A DNA stretch of 61,366 nucleotides, filler included, from Hausera hauseri (Eukaryota), in assembly GCA_046269625.1 (NCBI GenBank). It is 11 parts of 11 records of this genome, joined end to end, with 100 filler letters (N's around TTAATTAATTAA, not from the genome) between each part and the next. Parts side by side here need not be neighbours in the genome. Positions count along the whole stretch, not along the records: positions 57,245 to 61,366 come from JBJURY010748098.1; 10 more parts are not named here. One strand, written 5' to 3'. Shown piece after piece: positions 60,106 to 61,366 of the stretch. The stretch's first letter is position 1. Every line of letters begins with the position of its first letter. Below the pieces are notes generated by a model. The model made no database searches. It was not told where the DNA came from and was given only the letters and a program-made list of their open reading frames with translations. The position numbers and the translations under genes are program-made.

Positions 60106-61366
60106 GTTTTTAATCGTCAATTTTTCAAATCTTTACTTACCGAAATCCAATATTTACCAAAACGCGTTTCTGCTAAAATACAACGTTACATTACTTTTGT
60201 CGTTGCTTTTCAGTTCCATAAATGCATTCGAATTTATGTAAATATGCGCATGTGTCACCAAATAACTTTTCCACTTTGATCGTTTTTGTCAACCATTCAC
60301 GGGCCTTTGATTTATAACCAAATAACCAAAATGTTTTGAACGTTACCAGTAACACATGTTCGCTATGTTCGCACTTCATTAAAGCATCTTTAGTACGGAT
60401 TCTCCGATTGTTTTTTGTTGATAAATTGTTTCTGCCCACAGCAAACCGGAATTTGGTTAATGTTTTAATGCCATCAACAATAAACTTTGTGCTTGATCAT
60501 AACAATTTGCACGGATTTCTAATCGGATTGATGATAACCACAATTCGGCATTTTAGATATTTTTCGCTTTGGCTTTTTCTAATGTGTTTCGTGCTCTTGA
60601 CAATTTCTGTTGTTTTTCTTCTATTTCTGATTGCAATATCCACGGTTGAATGTTGTTTTGGATTTTTTATCGATCCTCTTTTATAAATTTCCAATGATTT
60701 ATTGGCCTTCATATTATTGTCGTCGTCATGACTATTACCATTTTCTTGTTGCTGTTGCTGCTGCCCTTCATAAAGCTGACCGAGCATCATCCACAATTTC
60801 GCATAAATCGGAAATTGTTCAACACCCTCAATCAATAATTTCTCTGCCGATTCCAAATCACCCAAACACCATTCCAATTTCGCCGATTTCATCCATACCC
60901 GTGCATTACCGACGTTTATTAGGGTTTTCTGCATCAGTTGCCGGGCACGATCAAATTCATTATTTTCCAACTCTAATTTTACTGCCGCCAACATGATTTC
61001 CTCCGAATTCGAATTGGCTAAAAATGCACGACTCAGAATATTTCGTGCACCTTCAATATCATCGGATTCCAATTTCGATTTGGCATACATTAGCCATAAA
61101 ACTTCTATTGTCTGACAACGTTTTACTGCAAGGTCCAATCTTTCCCCAGAACTTTCACGATTTCCATGGGATTTTTCAAATGGTTTTGCATGTTTTAACA
61201 TGCCTTTCCGATTTGGTAATTGTATCATAGCAACGGAATAAATGGCGCGTACGCATTCATAGCAACCGTGTTCTTCATAATTTTCCGCATCGTTAATCCA
61301 CGCATACTTCTTGTCTGGTTCGTCAACATCAATTCCAATAATCCGTTGGATAATTTTCAATGCCGT
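60106..61366 (-). pseudogene. PRPF6: Pre-mRNA processing factor 6 (U5-102K) C-terminal half, disrupted
   Basis: IGIDVDE.DKK..W..DAE, EVLWLMYAK, NSEEIMLAAVKLE.ENNEFDRAR, KLWMMLGQ, KAREWL, RCILAETRFGKYW.SVSKD; deletions, frameshifts and stops. Confidence 0.9.

Noticed and set aside
58449-60279. Plus-strand ORFs of 139, 79 and 208 aa
   Set aside because: Antisense shadows of the E/K/D-rich TPR-like ORF.

Overview
This window is not one locus. It is 11 eukaryotic contig pieces joined by identical 100-bp artificial linkers (N44-TTAATTAATTAA-N44) at 4091, 9340, 14261, 19818, 24524, 34508, 39258, 45819, 51582 and 57145, so adjacency across a linker has no biological meaning. Most of the sequence is decayed mobile DNA: two Polinton/adintovirus-type pPolB loci, one BEL/Pao element, several Ty3/Gypsy elements, a NeSL/Utopia-like Ulp1-bearing ORF, and Tc1 and mariner fragments. 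There are also disrupted or chimeric host-gene pieces (ABCA, PRPF6, TPR-like, Aurora kinase, glutamate carrier, ankyrin, FN3) and 9.2 kb of an almost intact insect (planthopper-like) mitogenome joined to unrelated nuclear-type DNA. The best candidate for an undescribed system comes from two diverged Gypsy elements on independent contigs (9440-14260 and 51682-57144). In both, the integrase frame continues into the same cargo: signal peptide, Cys-containing FN3-like modules with a cytokine-receptor-type WSxWS/WSxxS motif, a stalk, a further FN3, a TM helix, an IDPxD tail, an unknown IPNNLKG domain and a catalytically dead REX4/ISG20-like exonuclease fold. The second candidate is a BEL/Pao polyprotein with a long N-terminal extension that ends in a ubiquitin-like domain with a di-Gly just before Gag, and with CCCH rather than CCHC fingers. 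All calls come from manual translation and motif recognition. No database searches were run, and the host organism cannot be determined.
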